Counted from the stretch's first letter, positions 37,533-47,465 are shown. The stretch is DNA of 64,000 nt from Bacteroidota bacterium (GCA_004293915.1 RDZG01000067.1:9401-73400); one strand, 5' to 3'. The notes: generated by a model from the letters alone, not told the origin. Program-made: numbers and translations.

Positions 37533-38425
37533 AAACAAATTCCAAATCCAAACAGCATTACAAAACCCAAAGTTAGTAATGCTGTTTTTTTTAATAAATG
37601 GTCTATTTTTTCGCCTTTTTGAGATTGCAAAATGTATTTCAAATCCAACACAAAAGGAATAATTAATACTAAAAAATACATGGTTTTCCCAAATCCAACT
37701 ATAGAAATATGAGCAATAATGGAAGCAATAAATGCGCTGAAAATCAACAATGTATGATAATATTTAGAAGCAGAATATCCAATCCGAACAGGTATCGTTT
37801 TTTTATTTGCTAAAATATCAGAATCAATATCACGCATATTATTTAGATTCAACACGGCTACTGAAAAACAACCAATAGATATTGCTGGAAAAACAGACAT
37901 AAAATCGAATGATTTTGTGAATAAAAAAGTAGTTCCACAAACGCCAACAATGCCGAAAAATAAAAAGACACTAAAATCTCCTAATCCAGCATAGCCATAA
38001 GGATTGCTCCCTGCTGTATAAAAATAGGCTGCTAAAATGGCTAAAACACCAAAGAATAAAAATAAAAAAAACAAAAAGGAAAATCCACCAAAACTTACAA
38101 ATAGTAAACTTATTCCAAAAACAAGAGATAAGGCTATGAAAAAATAAATAGCTAATTTGATTTCTGAAATTGTTATGGAGCCACTCTGTACAGCACGTAT
38201 TGGTCCTACCCTATTTTCGTTGTCTGCGCCATTTTGCGAATCGCCATAATCGTTTGCAAGATTAGATAAAATCTGTAGACAAATCGTTGTTAATAAAGCT
38301 AATACAAAGATAGAAATTGCGAATTGTCCTTTTTGAAAAGCCAAAAACCCACCCATAAAAATACTAGCTGAAGCCAAAGGCAATGTACGTAATCTAAATG
38401 CTGAAACTAAAGCTGAAATATTCAA
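37529..38425 (-). CDS. menA: 1,4-dihydroxy-2-naphthoate polyprenyltransferase (UbiA superfamily)
   Basis: It has the motif NLANDYGDSQNGADNENRVGP and is a polytopic membrane protein of ~300 aa. The start codon is TTG. Confidence 0.8.
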   Translation of the reverse strand: MNISALVSAFRLRTLPLASASIFMGGFLAFQKGQFAISIFVLALLTTICLQILSNLANDYGDSQNGADNENRVGPIRAVQSGSITISEIKLAIYFFIALSLVFGISLLFVSFGGFSFLFFLFLFFGVLAILAAYFYTAGSNPYGYAGLGDFSVFLFFGIVGVCGTTFLFTKSFDFMSVFPAISIGCFSVAVLNLNNMRDIDSDILANKKTIPVRIGYSASKYYHTLLIFSAFIASIIAHISIVGFGKTMYFLVLIIPFVLDLKYILQSQKGEKIDHLLKKTALLTLGFVMLFGFGICF

Positions 38426-38529
38426 AATAAATAATTTTGCTCAAAAATCATAAAAAAAATGCTAATTCGTAAATCAAATTTTTTATATCTAACAGAATTT
38501 GTAGAATTACGAAAAAAATAGAACTAAAA

Positions 38530-39471
38530 ATGAAAATAGTTTTTTTGGACGAAGGTACATTATATGGAGTTGAAAACATTTCTAAACTCAAAAAACTGGG
38601 AGAATATGTTAGTTATCATGCTACACAACCCAACGAAACACTTTCTAGAGTTATAGATGCAGAAATAGTTATCACAAACAAAGTAGTTTTAGATGCAGCT
38701 ATTTTGTCTCAATGCAAAAACCTGAAATTAATTTGTGTGGCAGCAACTGGAACAAACAATATCGACATCCATTTTGCAAAAGAAAATCATATTGAGGTTA
38801 AAAATGTTTCTGGATATTCCACACACAGCGTTGCTCAAATTACTTTCACTTTGATTTTTCAATTACTCACCAATCCGTCTGAATATGATCAATTTGTGAA
38901 AAATGGTAACTATGCAAAACACGATTTTTTTACGCACATAATTACTCCTTTTGGGCAACTTGAAGGCAAAAAAATAGGTATTTTAGGCTTGGGAAGCATT
39001 GGAAAACAAGTTGCAAACATTGCAGAAGCATTTGGTATGCAAGTGCAATACACTTCTCTTTCGGGAAACGAACGTGAAGAAAAATACCCAAAAACAGATT
39101 TAGACAATTTATTAAAAACATCAGATATTGTATCTATACACACGCCATTAACAGAAAAAACCAAAAATATAATTACCTATCAAAAATTAAAATTATTGCA
39201 AAAACATGCCATTTTAATAAATGTGGCTCGTGGTGGAATTGTAAACGAATTTGATTTAGCCCAAGCATTGAACGAAGATGTTTTTGCTGGTGCAGGAATT
39301 GATGTGTTTGAAAAAGAACCCATAGACCCCAAAAATCCATTGCTTGATATAAAAAATAAACAAAAAATAGTTTTGTTTCCACACATAGCTTGGGCAAGTG
39401 TAGAAGCTCGAACCATGTTGGTAGAAAAATTAGTTACAAACATTATCAATTTTTTAGCAAACAAAAATTAG
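38530..39471 (+). CDS. D-isomer-specific 2-hydroxyacid dehydrogenase (glycerate dehydrogenase-like)
   Basis: It has the NAD-binding motif GILGLGSIGKQVA, the segment NVARGGIVNE, and a catalytic His context PHIAWAS. Confidence 0.8.
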   Translation: MKIVFLDEGTLYGVENISKLKKLGEYVSYHATQPNETLSRVIDAEIVITNKVVLDAAILSQCKNLKLICVAATGTNNIDIHFAKENHIEVKNVSGYSTHSVAQITFTLIFQLLTNPSEYDQFVKNGNYAKHDFFTHIITPFGQLEGKKIGILGLGSIGKQVANIAEAFGMQVQYTSLSGNEREEKYPKTDLDNLLKTSDIVSIHTPLTEKTKNIITYQKLKLLQKHAILINVARGGIVNEFDLAQALNEDVFAGAGIDVFEKEPIDPKNPLLDIKNKQKIVLFPHIAWASVEARTMLVEKLVTNIINFLANKN

Positions 39472-39516
39472 GATATTTTAACATAAAGTACAATATTTGC
39501 AACCCTAAAAAATATT

Positions 39517-39590
39517 GATCCCATAGCTCAGCTGGATAGAGCAACGGTTTTCTAAACCGTAGGTCTATGGTTCGAATCCATATGGGATCA
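39517..39590 (+). tRNA. tRNA-Arg (anticodon TCT)
   Basis: I folded a cloverleaf by hand. The acceptor stem is GATCCCA/TGGGATC, the D stem GCTC/GAGC, the anticodon stem ACGGT/ACCGT with loop TTTCTAA, and the T arm TATGG-TTCGAAT-CCATA. It is 74 nt with no encoded CCA. Confidence 0.9.
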
Positions 39591-39595
39591 CAAAA

Positions 39596-39630
39596 AAAGC
39601 CATTAAAACTATGTTTTAGTGGCTTTTTTT
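39596..39630 (+). terminator. Intrinsic terminator after tRNA-Arg
   Basis: The stem aaagccattaaaac / gttttagtggcttt (one G-T pair, 3-nt loop) is followed by a T-run. Confidence 0.7.
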
Positions 39631-39695
39631 GTGATTTATAATTGAAACAAAATATTTGGATTACAGAAAATACATAAATGGACTTTTAAAATAAA

Positions 39696-40019
39696 TTATT
39701 TAAGTCCTCTGATTGCTAAATAGGCTTTTGTTTTGGGTGAGATAATGTCTTTAATATAAAATCTTTCTTTGCTTAAATTAAATGTGATGTAATAACTCAT
39801 ATCGCTGTTTGGGTTTTTAAATCGTGCGTAATATTTGCCATACTTTGGTGTTTTGCACAATTTTAAAGGCTGGTTTGGTATAGTTTCTATAAAATCATAA
39901 ATACGCTGAACATATTTTTCCGCTGAATCTCTATATCCAAAAAAATGCTTGTAATATAAAATATCAACCAAATCATCTAATTTAATTCTTAAACTTGAGT
40001 TAATTATTACTTGTCCCAT
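39696..40019 (-). CDS. Putative toxin partner (RelE/ParE-fold suspected) of a two-gene TA-like module
   Basis: It is 107 aa and overlaps the upstream antitoxin-like gene by 13 bp. The C-terminal pattern YYITFNLSKERFYIKDII resembles RelE/ParE beta-strands. The family call is weak. Confidence 0.45.
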   Translation of the reverse strand: MGQVIINSSLRIKLDDLVDILYYKHFFGYRDSAEKYVQRIYDFIETIPNQPLKLCKTPKYGKYYARFKNPNSDMSYYITFNLSKERFYIKDIISPKTKAYLAIRGLK

Positions 40020-40255
40020 TTTAAAGAATTTATATGTTCAAGAGATAATTGTCTAGCTTGTTCAACTGTCAAATTTGTAGGATTATTCCAATCTTTTTCA
40101 AATTCTTCATCCTCAATTTGTTGCTGAGTTTTTGTTAAATATCCAATTTCTATTAAAGCTTCTTTTACTTTAGGGTGCTTTTTTAAATCAACTGTTATTT
40201 TTGTAACTATACCTTTTGCATTGGTTTGGGTGCTAATACCTGCGATACGTGCCAT
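40007..40255 (-). CDS. Putative antitoxin (MARIAGI-type N-terminus)
   Basis: MARIAGISTQTNAKGIVTKITVDLKK is homologous by eye to the antitoxin at 47751..47954 (MARIAGIKEHRSDSGKLKSITINIEK). It is the first gene of an overlapping pair. Confidence 0.55.
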   Translation of the reverse strand: MARIAGISTQTNAKGIVTKITVDLKKHPKVKEALIEIGYLTKTQQQIEDEEFEKDWNNPTNLTVEQARQLSLEHINSLKWDK

Positions 40256-40490
40256 AATGTTGTTTTTTATTTACCAACAAATTTACAAAAAAATAAATAC
40301 AAAAATACTATTTCACTAACGTGTGCTTTTTCAAAATGGCGGATATTTTTGCATTTTAAAACCGCCACTTCGCAAAGCAGTTCGTAGGTTTATAAACGAA
40401 ATATTAAAGCACAAATTTCAATTAAACAGTTTGATCTTCTTCAGATATTGAACATTCAAGATATATTTGTTCAATGATTTTACAAACATA

Positions 40491-41075
40491 TTATTGAAAC
40501 AAACGAATGTCAGTCACAAACATTCCAGCTGCTTTTGCAGCTTCAATACCTGGATTTCCATCTTCAAAAACATGACAAAATTCGGGAGCAATACCCATTC
40601 TTTCGGCACAAAGTAAAAAAGTATCTGGCGAAGGTTTATGGTTTTTTACATCTTTTGCAGTAACTATAATTGAAAAAAGATGTGAGGCATCAATTGCTTT
40701 TAAAGTCTTATCAACAATTTCTGGAATGCCACCAGTGCCTATGCTCATTGGTATTTTTTGATGGTAAGACAATGCTAATTCAAACACATTTTGAATTGGC
40801 TTTATGGTATCAATATGTTTTAAAAATGCGTGTTCTTTTTCTTCGTCCACAAGTACTGGATCCATTGATGAGCCAAACATTTCATTTAACATTCCGATAA
40901 TTTTATAAGTTGGAATACCAGCCCATTTATAAAACAAATCTTCTGGAAACTCAACTCCATATTTCAAACCAGTTTCACGCCAAGCTAAATAATGTGCAGG
41001 CATGGTATCTGCCAGTGTGCCATCTAAATCAAAAATAATGGCTTTTGCTTTTGGATTAATAACTAATTTTTTCAC
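40491..41075 (-). CDS. HAD-superfamily hydrolase (beta-phosphoglucomutase-like subfamily IA)
   Basis: It has motif I IIFDLDGTLADT and a C-terminal FEDGNPGIEAAKAAGM. The start codon is GTG. Confidence 0.8.
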   Translation of the reverse strand: MKKLVINPKAKAIIFDLDGTLADTMPAHYLAWRETGLKYGVEFPEDLFYKWAGIPTYKIIGMLNEMFGSSMDPVLVDEEKEHAFLKHIDTIKPIQNVFELALSYHQKIPMSIGTGGIPEIVDKTLKAIDASHLFSIIVTAKDVKNHKPSPDTFLLCAERMGIAPEFCHVFEDGNPGIEAAKAAGMFVTDIRLFQ

Positions 41076-41081
41076 AGAAAA

Positions 41082-44000
41082 TTATTTTGTAAGTGGTAAT
41101 AACCAATTAGATGTTAGGTTATAATATCCAATTTCATCTGTTTTTTGCAATGCAAATGTATTGTTTCCAACAAAATCAACTTTATCATATAGTGGTTCAA
41201 TAATGATTTTTCCATCTAAATCAAAAACACCTTTTTTTGTATAAACACCAACTATTGCTTGCCCATTTTTGAACTCACTCATGTAATCGTATTTTGGATT
41301 AACACTAAAATAACCTTGTGTGTTTGCTAAGCCATATTTACCTAATTTGAATCTACAAACTTCGTTTTCAGGCGAATAAAGCGTTTCAAATTGCGTTTCA
41401 CCAAACACTAATTCGCCATTTGTGTTTACAAGTTGAAATTTGCGACTTGGAGTTTGCACAACAGAAAAACCATTAACAAAAGGTTTTGGGTTAATAAATT
41501 GATCAAAAGTAATATTTCTACCATTTCTATCAATAATACGCCAAAGTTTTGCTGCTCCTTCTGCAAAAGTAAAACTATTGCTAAAGTCCATTACATTATT
41601 ATAAACAAAATCTACAGCCAAAAATCCATTTGGGGCAATAAAACCAGTTTTATTTTCGAATTTAACTCTTGCTAATTCGTCTTGAAAATCTGCTGCGGCT
41701 TGATATTTTTTATTGATTATAATTTTACCTGTTGAGTCAATATAATTATAATAATCGTCTAATTTAACTTTTGCTTTACCAGCAATTAAATTTCCCATTT
41801 CAGTAAAATTTTTCTTCGTTATTACTTTTTTTGCTCCCAAACTAAATAATTTATAAATACCATTTTGTTTTACTTTAAAATAATTTGGGCTTGCTGTTGG
41901 TGTAATTTCATCATAAACTGGCTCAATAATAGCATTACCAAGCTGATCAATCAAACCATAACGATTATCCTGCGAAAGCACAATGGCATACCCATTAGAA
42001 AACTCATTGCATCGATTAAATGGGAAAGAAATCAATATTTTTTCTTCTTGACTGATATAATTATTTTTACCATCTTTAAAAACTGGGGCAAGATAATCTT
42101 TAAAATTTCCTGCGGTAATATACGTTGGTAAAATACGCTGTGTACCTGTTTTGTCTATATATCCCCAACGATTTTTTATCATTACGGCAGCAAATCCTTC
42201 CGAAAAATCTAAGGCATTATCAAATTGCGGAGCAATAATTATTTTATCATTTTCGTCAATATAGCCATATTTTCCATTTTGCATCACACGAGCTAATCCA
42301 TCAGAAAACTGAAAAATTTTATCATAAGAAATTGATGTTATATTTTTTCCATCTTGATTCATGAGTCCAAACTTTTCTTTTTTTGTTTCATAGCTTAGGT
42401 ATGTATTTTCGGCTCCTTTCAAATACTCTAAACGCAAATGTTCAGGTTTTAAGATTACATTTCCAGAACTATTAATCAATCCAAACAATCCTTTTTGTTG
42501 AACAATCGAACGGTCGTTTTCAAAATCTGTTGCAGATTCGAATTGTGGATCAATTAATAATTTTCCATCTGCCGCAAGAAATCCCCATTTTCCGTTTTCT
42601 ACTTTTGGTTGAGCCCAGTTTCCATCATAATTAATATAACATCCTGTGCAAAAACGAATGGTATTGTTTTTGATTTCTGCAAGATAATCTAAACGATATT
42701 TTACTGTTTTTTTCTCTTTGATAGTTGTGATTTCTGTAATTAATTTGCCGTTTTTTTGCAACAATGCTTGTTGCCCTCCTTCTAAAATCACACGTGCAAT
42801 GTCGTTTTTTCTAAAGTCTTCAATAAATACATACCAAAATTGTGGCTGAGAAATGATTTGTCCAGTTGCTTTATTTGCTAACCCAATTTTATTATTTGTC
42901 AAAGCAACTAACTTATTAGAATTAATAAATCCAAAAATTTTAGGATTCATTCGATAATCAACTTTTTGGTATGTAAACGATGTATTTGCATCATAATCTT
43001 CAATTTCATCATAACGACTTGCAATAAAAACAGTGTCATGACCAAGCAGTCCCCATTTTTTTCCTGCACCTTTTGCCCAAACATGATTATGCAAAACATC
43101 TGGACTTAAAATTGCTTTTTTAGTTGTAGTTTTTTTAGTAGTTTTTGCTGTTGCAACAACACCAGCATCTACTTTAAAATTTTCAATTTTCCCTTCATTA
43201 TTTAAGCATTTTGCCATATTTCCAACAATATTTATATCTTTATATATTGGCTGTACCAAAACTTTGCCTTTGTTAGAAATCACTCCTTTGCCCGCTTCTG
43301 ACTCAAAAATGGCTAAGTTTTTTTTGAAAGGAAAAAGTTTAGCATGAATAGTAGGAATTACAACTGCACCAGTTTTGTCGTTTAGTCCCCATCTGCCAGC
43401 TTGCTCGACTAAAAACAAATTTTCATTAAGATGAATATTACTAAATGTTTGTCCTAAAATCGTATTTCCAGTTTTTGTAATCACACCATGTTTGTGCGAT
43501 TTATTGAGCATTATAAAATCGTTATCTAACAATGTAAAAGACTCTTGCTCTTCGGTTTGTAAGATTTTATTTTGTAAAATATTATACATCAACCAACCTC
43601 CTTTTTTAGTTTTAAATGCAATCAAATCGGATGAATAAAATTTATATGCCATATATTCTGGGTTTAATAAAATCGTGCCATTCGATTTTGCAACACCCCA
43701 AAAATCTTTTGATTTACATAAAATAATATTTGAAAAAACTTCAATTCCAGCATATTCTGGTTTGATTACAACATTTAGAAGCGAATCTAACATTCCAAAC
43801 AAATCACCTTGTTGAAAAATAATTCCTTGTTTAGTATTTGTAACTGATTTATATTTTGGGTCAGTAATTCTATCATTTATCGCAGAATATAATCCAAGTA
43901 AATTTCCAGCCTTAAAACTAAATAGCTGAGCATCAATTTGTGAAATGTTTTTGTATTTGGGATCAATTTTAGTTTTTCCTTGCACATCAACCATCCCCCA

Positions 44001-44294
44001 TGCAGTATCTTTTCTAAAAGCTGCAAAACGATGCGAAAGAATCTTTATTTCTTTTTCCTCAATAGGAATAATTATTTTTCCCTCTGAATTTATGACACCA
44101 TATTTAGCCGAATTTCTAACAATGGCTAAATTTTTATCAAACTCTAAAGCTTCGTCATATTGCGGTTCAATTATGACTTTTCCCGAATTATCAATATAAC
44201 CCCATTTAGAGTTTTGTTTAAATGGCAGTAAGCCAGTTTGAGCACTCAAAGCAACTGCTAATGTACATCCAAAAAGTGTAAAATATTTTATCAT
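41082..44294 (-). CDS. WG-repeat (KWG) containing secreted protein, 1070 aa
   Basis: It has a signal peptide and many iterations of the pattern KWGYID..GK.II.P.YD.a..F..GlA.V. Confidence 0.8.
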   Translation of the reverse strand: MIKYFTLFGCTLAVALSAQTGLLPFKQNSKWGYIDNSGKVIIEPQYDEALEFDKNLAIVRNSAKYGVINSEGKIIIPIEEKEIKILSHRFAAFRKDTAWGMVDVQGKTKIDPKYKNISQIDAQLFSFKAGNLLGLYSAINDRITDPKYKSVTNTKQGIIFQQGDLFGMLDSLLNVVIKPEYAGIEVFSNIILCKSKDFWGVAKSNGTILLNPEYMAYKFYSSDLIAFKTKKGGWLMYNILQNKILQTEEQESFTLLDNDFIMLNKSHKHGVITKTGNTILGQTFSNIHLNENLFLVEQAGRWGLNDKTGAVVIPTIHAKLFPFKKNLAIFESEAGKGVISNKGKVLVQPIYKDINIVGNMAKCLNNEGKIENFKVDAGVVATAKTTKKTTTKKAILSPDVLHNHVWAKGAGKKWGLLGHDTVFIASRYDEIEDYDANTSFTYQKVDYRMNPKIFGFINSNKLVALTNNKIGLANKATGQIISQPQFWYVFIEDFRKNDIARVILEGGQQALLQKNGKLITEITTIKEKKTVKYRLDYLAEIKNNTIRFCTGCYINYDGNWAQPKVENGKWGFLAADGKLLIDPQFESATDFENDRSIVQQKGLFGLINSSGNVILKPEHLRLEYLKGAENTYLSYETKKEKFGLMNQDGKNITSISYDKIFQFSDGLARVMQNGKYGYIDENDKIIIAPQFDNALDFSEGFAAVMIKNRWGYIDKTGTQRILPTYITAGNFKDYLAPVFKDGKNNYISQEEKILISFPFNRCNEFSNGYAIVLSQDNRYGLIDQLGNAIIEPVYDEITPTASPNYFKVKQNGIYKLFSLGAKKVITKKNFTEMGNLIAGKAKVKLDDYYNYIDSTGKIIINKKYQAAADFQDELARVKFENKTGFIAPNGFLAVDFVYNNVMDFSNSFTFAEGAAKLWRIIDRNGRNITFDQFINPKPFVNGFSVVQTPSRKFQLVNTNGELVFGETQFETLYSPENEVCRFKLGKYGLANTQGYFSVNPKYDYMSEFKNGQAIVGVYTKKGVFDLDGKIIIEPLYDKVDFVGNNTFALQKTDEIGYYNLTSNWLLPLTK

Positions 44295-44374
44295 TAGGTT
44301 AGGTTTTCTTTTTCGGTTACCAAGTTATAATAAAGTAAGCAATAAAGAAAAAAGTATTAAAAAAATATGATAAT

Positions 44375-45151
44375 TTAAACTTTAGCTATATCAAAATCAG
44401 CACCATCAAACACACCATAATTTTGGTTTCCACTAAACCATTCGCCAAGATTTACATAACGACTATTTATTCCAACTGGTAAATCTAACACCAAATGACG
44501 ATGTCCAAAAACATAAAAATCAAAATGAGATTGGGTTTCAATTTGTTTGGCAAAAGTCCAAAGCCATTCTTTATCTCCCAAAAAAGTTTCTTGGATTTTA
44601 TTATTTGAAATCCTGCTATTTTTAGACCAATTTTCGGCAATCCAAAAACAAAAGTTTGTTGGAAAAACGGAAAAAACAAATTGGAAAAAACGATTTTCAA
44701 ATATTCGTTTCAAGCCTTTATATGTGTAATCTCCAGGTCCAAGCCCATCGCCATGTGTGATATAAAACTTTTTAAACGAGCAAGTTAGCTCAACTGGCTT
44801 ACGAAATACTTTAATTCCAAGCTCAGACTCAAAATACCCAAACATCCACATATCATGATTGCCAGGAAAAACATAAACTTCAATTCCTGAATCGGTAAAT
44901 TCGGCAAGCTTTGCCTGAAAACGCACAAATCCTTTGGGAATGGTATAAGCATATTCGAACCAAAAATCAAACAAATCGCCAACTAAAAACAAAGCTTGAC
45001 AATCGTGTTTTATCGAATCTAACCATTTAATAATTTGTTTTTCTCGCTCTATAGTAGGCAATCCCTTAGGAGCACCCAAATGAAAATCAGAGGCAAAATA
45101 AAGTTTTTTGCCTAACTTCAAATCAATAGTTATGTAATGTTTTGGGAGCAT
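44375..45151 (-). CDS. lpxH: UDP-2,3-diacylglucosamine diphosphatase
   Basis: It has the calcineurin-like motifs SDFHLG, GDLFDFW, GNHD and GHRH. It is ~258 aa. Confidence 0.75.
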   Translation of the reverse strand: MLPKHYITIDLKLGKKLYFASDFHLGAPKGLPTIEREKQIIKWLDSIKHDCQALFLVGDLFDFWFEYAYTIPKGFVRFQAKLAEFTDSGIEVYVFPGNHDMWMFGYFESELGIKVFRKPVELTCSFKKFYITHGDGLGPGDYTYKGLKRIFENRFFQFVFSVFPTNFCFWIAENWSKNSRISNNKIQETFLGDKEWLWTFAKQIETQSHFDFYVFGHRHLVLDLPVGINSRYVNLGEWFSGNQNYGVFDGADFDIAKV

Positions 45152-45160
45152 AAACTTTGA

Positions 45161-46390
45161 TTATAGTTTTGTGATTAAGCCTGTAATATAAAGCAATTTG
45201 ATATAGCTTTTTCGATATTCAAATTCGTTTCCAAAATAAAGTTTTTCGGTATCAAACCATGCTTTTTCAGCTTCCCACAAATCGACTTCAGAATCTTTTC
45301 CACTAACAAATTGATTTCTAACTTTTGTTACTAATTTATCGGCATCTGCAAGCATGCGAGCAACACGAATGCGATTGTTTTTTTGAACTTTATAGGTTTC
45401 TGCTGCGATTCTAATTTCTGATTTAATTTTATTAATAACATCATTTTCAATAACTTCTGAAGCAGCCAATTGCAGTTTTGATTTTTGCTTTTCGGCTTTG
45501 TTTACATCAAAAAAGGGTAAAGGTTGGGTATAAAACAATCCAAAATAAGGAATAGTGTTTTGTGGGTTTGCAATCAAACCAACTTCGGGAGTTGGATATG
45601 CTAATGAGTTTTGCAAATCAATATTAGAACGAGCCAATTTTGTTGCGTATTTAGATATCAACATATCTGGTCTGTTTTTTAATGCAATGGAAAAAAGCGA
45701 ATCCTCGTTTGTGATAAGTGTATCAGCAAAAAATCCGTCATTAAAATCAATCGAAATACTATCATTCGAACCTGTCAAATACCGAAGCTCTTCCAACTGA
45801 TTTTCATGCGTTTGGTTGGCTTTGGCATAATACAAATCATATTGATCATCCAAAATTTTGAAACGCAGCGATTCCATCGAACCTTCTGCAAAACTTTTAC
45901 GTCTTAACAAATCTTTTAGCGACTCAACGGCTTCGTCCGCCAAATTTTTATCAACTTGAGCATTCCATACTTCCAGCCAACTTGAGGCAACCTCCAAAAT
46001 CAAATCTCTTACATATTCTTGATTTTCGGATTCACGATTATTAAAAGATTGCTTTGCTACTTCAATTTTAGATTTTCGCTGCCCAGCTATTTGTAATCGC
46101 TTAGTAACTTGAAGCCAATCTTGCCTGTTGTATGGACTCAAAACTGGTGTTTTATCTGGAAAATCTTTTGTTCTACCCAACATTAAAATTTGGGCATTAA
46201 AAACTGGATTGGGTCTGATTTTAGACTTATCTATTTCTTTTTCAATAATTTTTAATCCAAATTCTCTGTTTTTAAGTTGTAGATTTCGCTCTATCGCTAA
46301 ATAAATAGATTTTTTAATTTGTTGGCGTGGTTGAGCAAACACATTTTGAATTATAAAAAAAAATAAAAAAAATAGATTTGTGAAACGCAT
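45161..46390 (-). CDS. TolC-family outer-membrane efflux protein
   Basis: It has a signal peptide (ATG 46390, MRFTNLFFLFFFIIQNVFAQ). The two-repeat helical/beta organisation typical of OEP family proteins is judged by eye. Confidence 0.65.
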   Translation of the reverse strand: MRFTNLFFLFFFIIQNVFAQPRQQIKKSIYLAIERNLQLKNREFGLKIIEKEIDKSKIRPNPVFNAQILMLGRTKDFPDKTPVLSPYNRQDWLQVTKRLQIAGQRKSKIEVAKQSFNNRESENQEYVRDLILEVASSWLEVWNAQVDKNLADEAVESLKDLLRRKSFAEGSMESLRFKILDDQYDLYYAKANQTHENQLEELRYLTGSNDSISIDFNDGFFADTLITNEDSLFSIALKNRPDMLISKYATKLARSNIDLQNSLAYPTPEVGLIANPQNTIPYFGLFYTQPLPFFDVNKAEKQKSKLQLAASEVIENDVINKIKSEIRIAAETYKVQKNNRIRVARMLADADKLVTKVRNQFVSGKDSEVDLWEAEKAWFDTEKLYFGNEFEYRKSYIKLLYITGLITKL

Positions 46391-46567
46391 CAAAAACTCA
46401 AAAACAAATTAAACCATTTGTTTGCTATAAAAAAAACATAACCCACAACTTAAAATAATTTGTTGCGATTTTTAATTGGATTTTAACTTATTTACTTAAT
46501 AATTCAACAAATACTAAAGCGTTTTTCAAAAACTTCTTTTCGATGAAAATTTAGATATTTTTTGCGA

Positions 46568-46686
46568 TTCTGCCTTTCTGCCTTTGTTGGAGTTCTTCTC
46601 CAACAAGTTACTAAAGATTTATTTTCTTATTTGATTAGTTCTTAATTTCTATGTTTGTTGGTCAAGAAGACCAACAAAGGCGAAAA
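46568..46686 (+). repeat. Cassette-boundary repeat, copy 1 (119 bp)
   Basis: The left palindrome GTTGGAG-TTCTT-CTCCAAC is at 46586-46604. The right palindrome GTTGGTC-AAGAA-GACCAAC is at 46657-46675. The outer 11-mers gcctttgttgg / ccaacaaaggc are inverted. An 8-bp unit CTGCCTTT is duplicated at 46570-46585. Confidence 0.9.
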
Positions 46687-46710
46687 TACTTCAAAAGATT
46701 CAGAAAATAA

Positions 46711-46965
46711 TCACTTTATGAGTCTTTCATATTCTTGATGATTTCCAATCCAAAACCAAACTATATTTTCTTCAATTTCAATTCCTAATGCCCTGTATTC
46801 TAAACCTACTCTAACAGATCTATAATTCTTTACTTTTTTATAGTGAAGCGAAGGATGGGATGAATTAACTTTCAGGATTTCAAAATTTTTGTCTGCTATT
46901 TTTTGAATTTCAGGAGGTAAAGTATTGTATGCATCCCAAAACGAAGAAGAAGCAAAATGTTTCAC
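46711..46965 (-). CDS. ParE-like / RelE-superfamily type II toxin
   Basis: FWDAYNTLPPEIQKIADKNFEILKVNSSHPSLHYKKV....YRALGIEIEENIVWFWIGNHQEYERLI matches the ParE-like toxin pattern. Its GTG start overlaps the antitoxin stop (GTGA). Confidence 0.7.
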   Translation of the reverse strand: MKHFASSSFWDAYNTLPPEIQKIADKNFEILKVNSSHPSLHYKKVKNYRSVRVGLEYRALGIEIEENIVWFWIGNHQEYERLIK

Positions 46966-47162
46966 AGTGCTTTCGCTTTATTTTGTTTTAACTCTTCCAA
47001 TGCCATAGCTGCTAAATTGTCAAATTTATTATTTTTGATGTCTAATTCTAATTTTTTATCCCATTGTAGATAATCAAAATCATAAAACCAATTTCTGAAC
47101 AACAAATAATCTTCTTTAGATAATTGAGCAACCGTTTGCTCAGCTTTTAATAACGTTTTCAT
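46962..47162 (-). CDS. Cognate antitoxin (66 aa)
   Basis: It is a small acidic/helical protein immediately upstream of the toxin, with a 4-bp overlap. Confidence 0.6.
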   Translation of the reverse strand: MKTLLKAEQTVAQLSKEDYLLFRNWFYDFDYLQWDKKLELDIKNNKFDNLAAMALEELKQNKAKAL

Positions 47163-47216
47163 TTGCTAAAAAACATTTAATATACCAAAAATAGGAAATT
47201 TTATTAATAATGGTAA

Positions 47217-47233
47217 TTAAAATTATAGTTTTG
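47217..47233 (-). promoter_or_regulatory. Conserved 17-mer upstream of TA module A (candidate promoter element)
   Basis: ttaaaattatagttttg is identical to 48028-48044. On the gene strand it reads caaaacTATAATTTTAa. It lies 55-71 bp upstream of the antitoxin ATG. Confidence 0.25.
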
Positions 47234-47354
47234 ATGCAAAATAGAATAACAAAGGGATATGTCAGAATTTATTTACTATAAAATGGTAAATTTTTCATCC
47301 AGTAGATTTCTTGTTGATTAATAGAAAGTGTTAAATCATGCAAAGACTTTTTTA

Positions 47355-47465
47355 TTCTGCCCTTGTTGGAGTTCTTCTCCAACAAGCTACTAAAGATATA
47401 TTTTCTCTTTTGATAAGTTATTGAATACAATGTTTGTTGGTCAAGAAGACATAAAAATGTGAAAA
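47355..47465 (+). repeat. Cassette-boundary repeat, copy 2 (111 bp)
   Basis: The left palindrome is intact at 47365-47383. The right palindrome is GTTGGTC-AAGAA-GAC at 47436-47450, and its distal arm has then diverged (ataaaaatg instead of caacaaagg). Confidence 0.9.

Noticed and set aside
39517-40490. Classical tRNA-targeted integrative island
   Set aside because: There is no integrase. I found no duplicated copy of the tRNA 3' end downstream. The segment is under 1 kb with only a TA-like pair.
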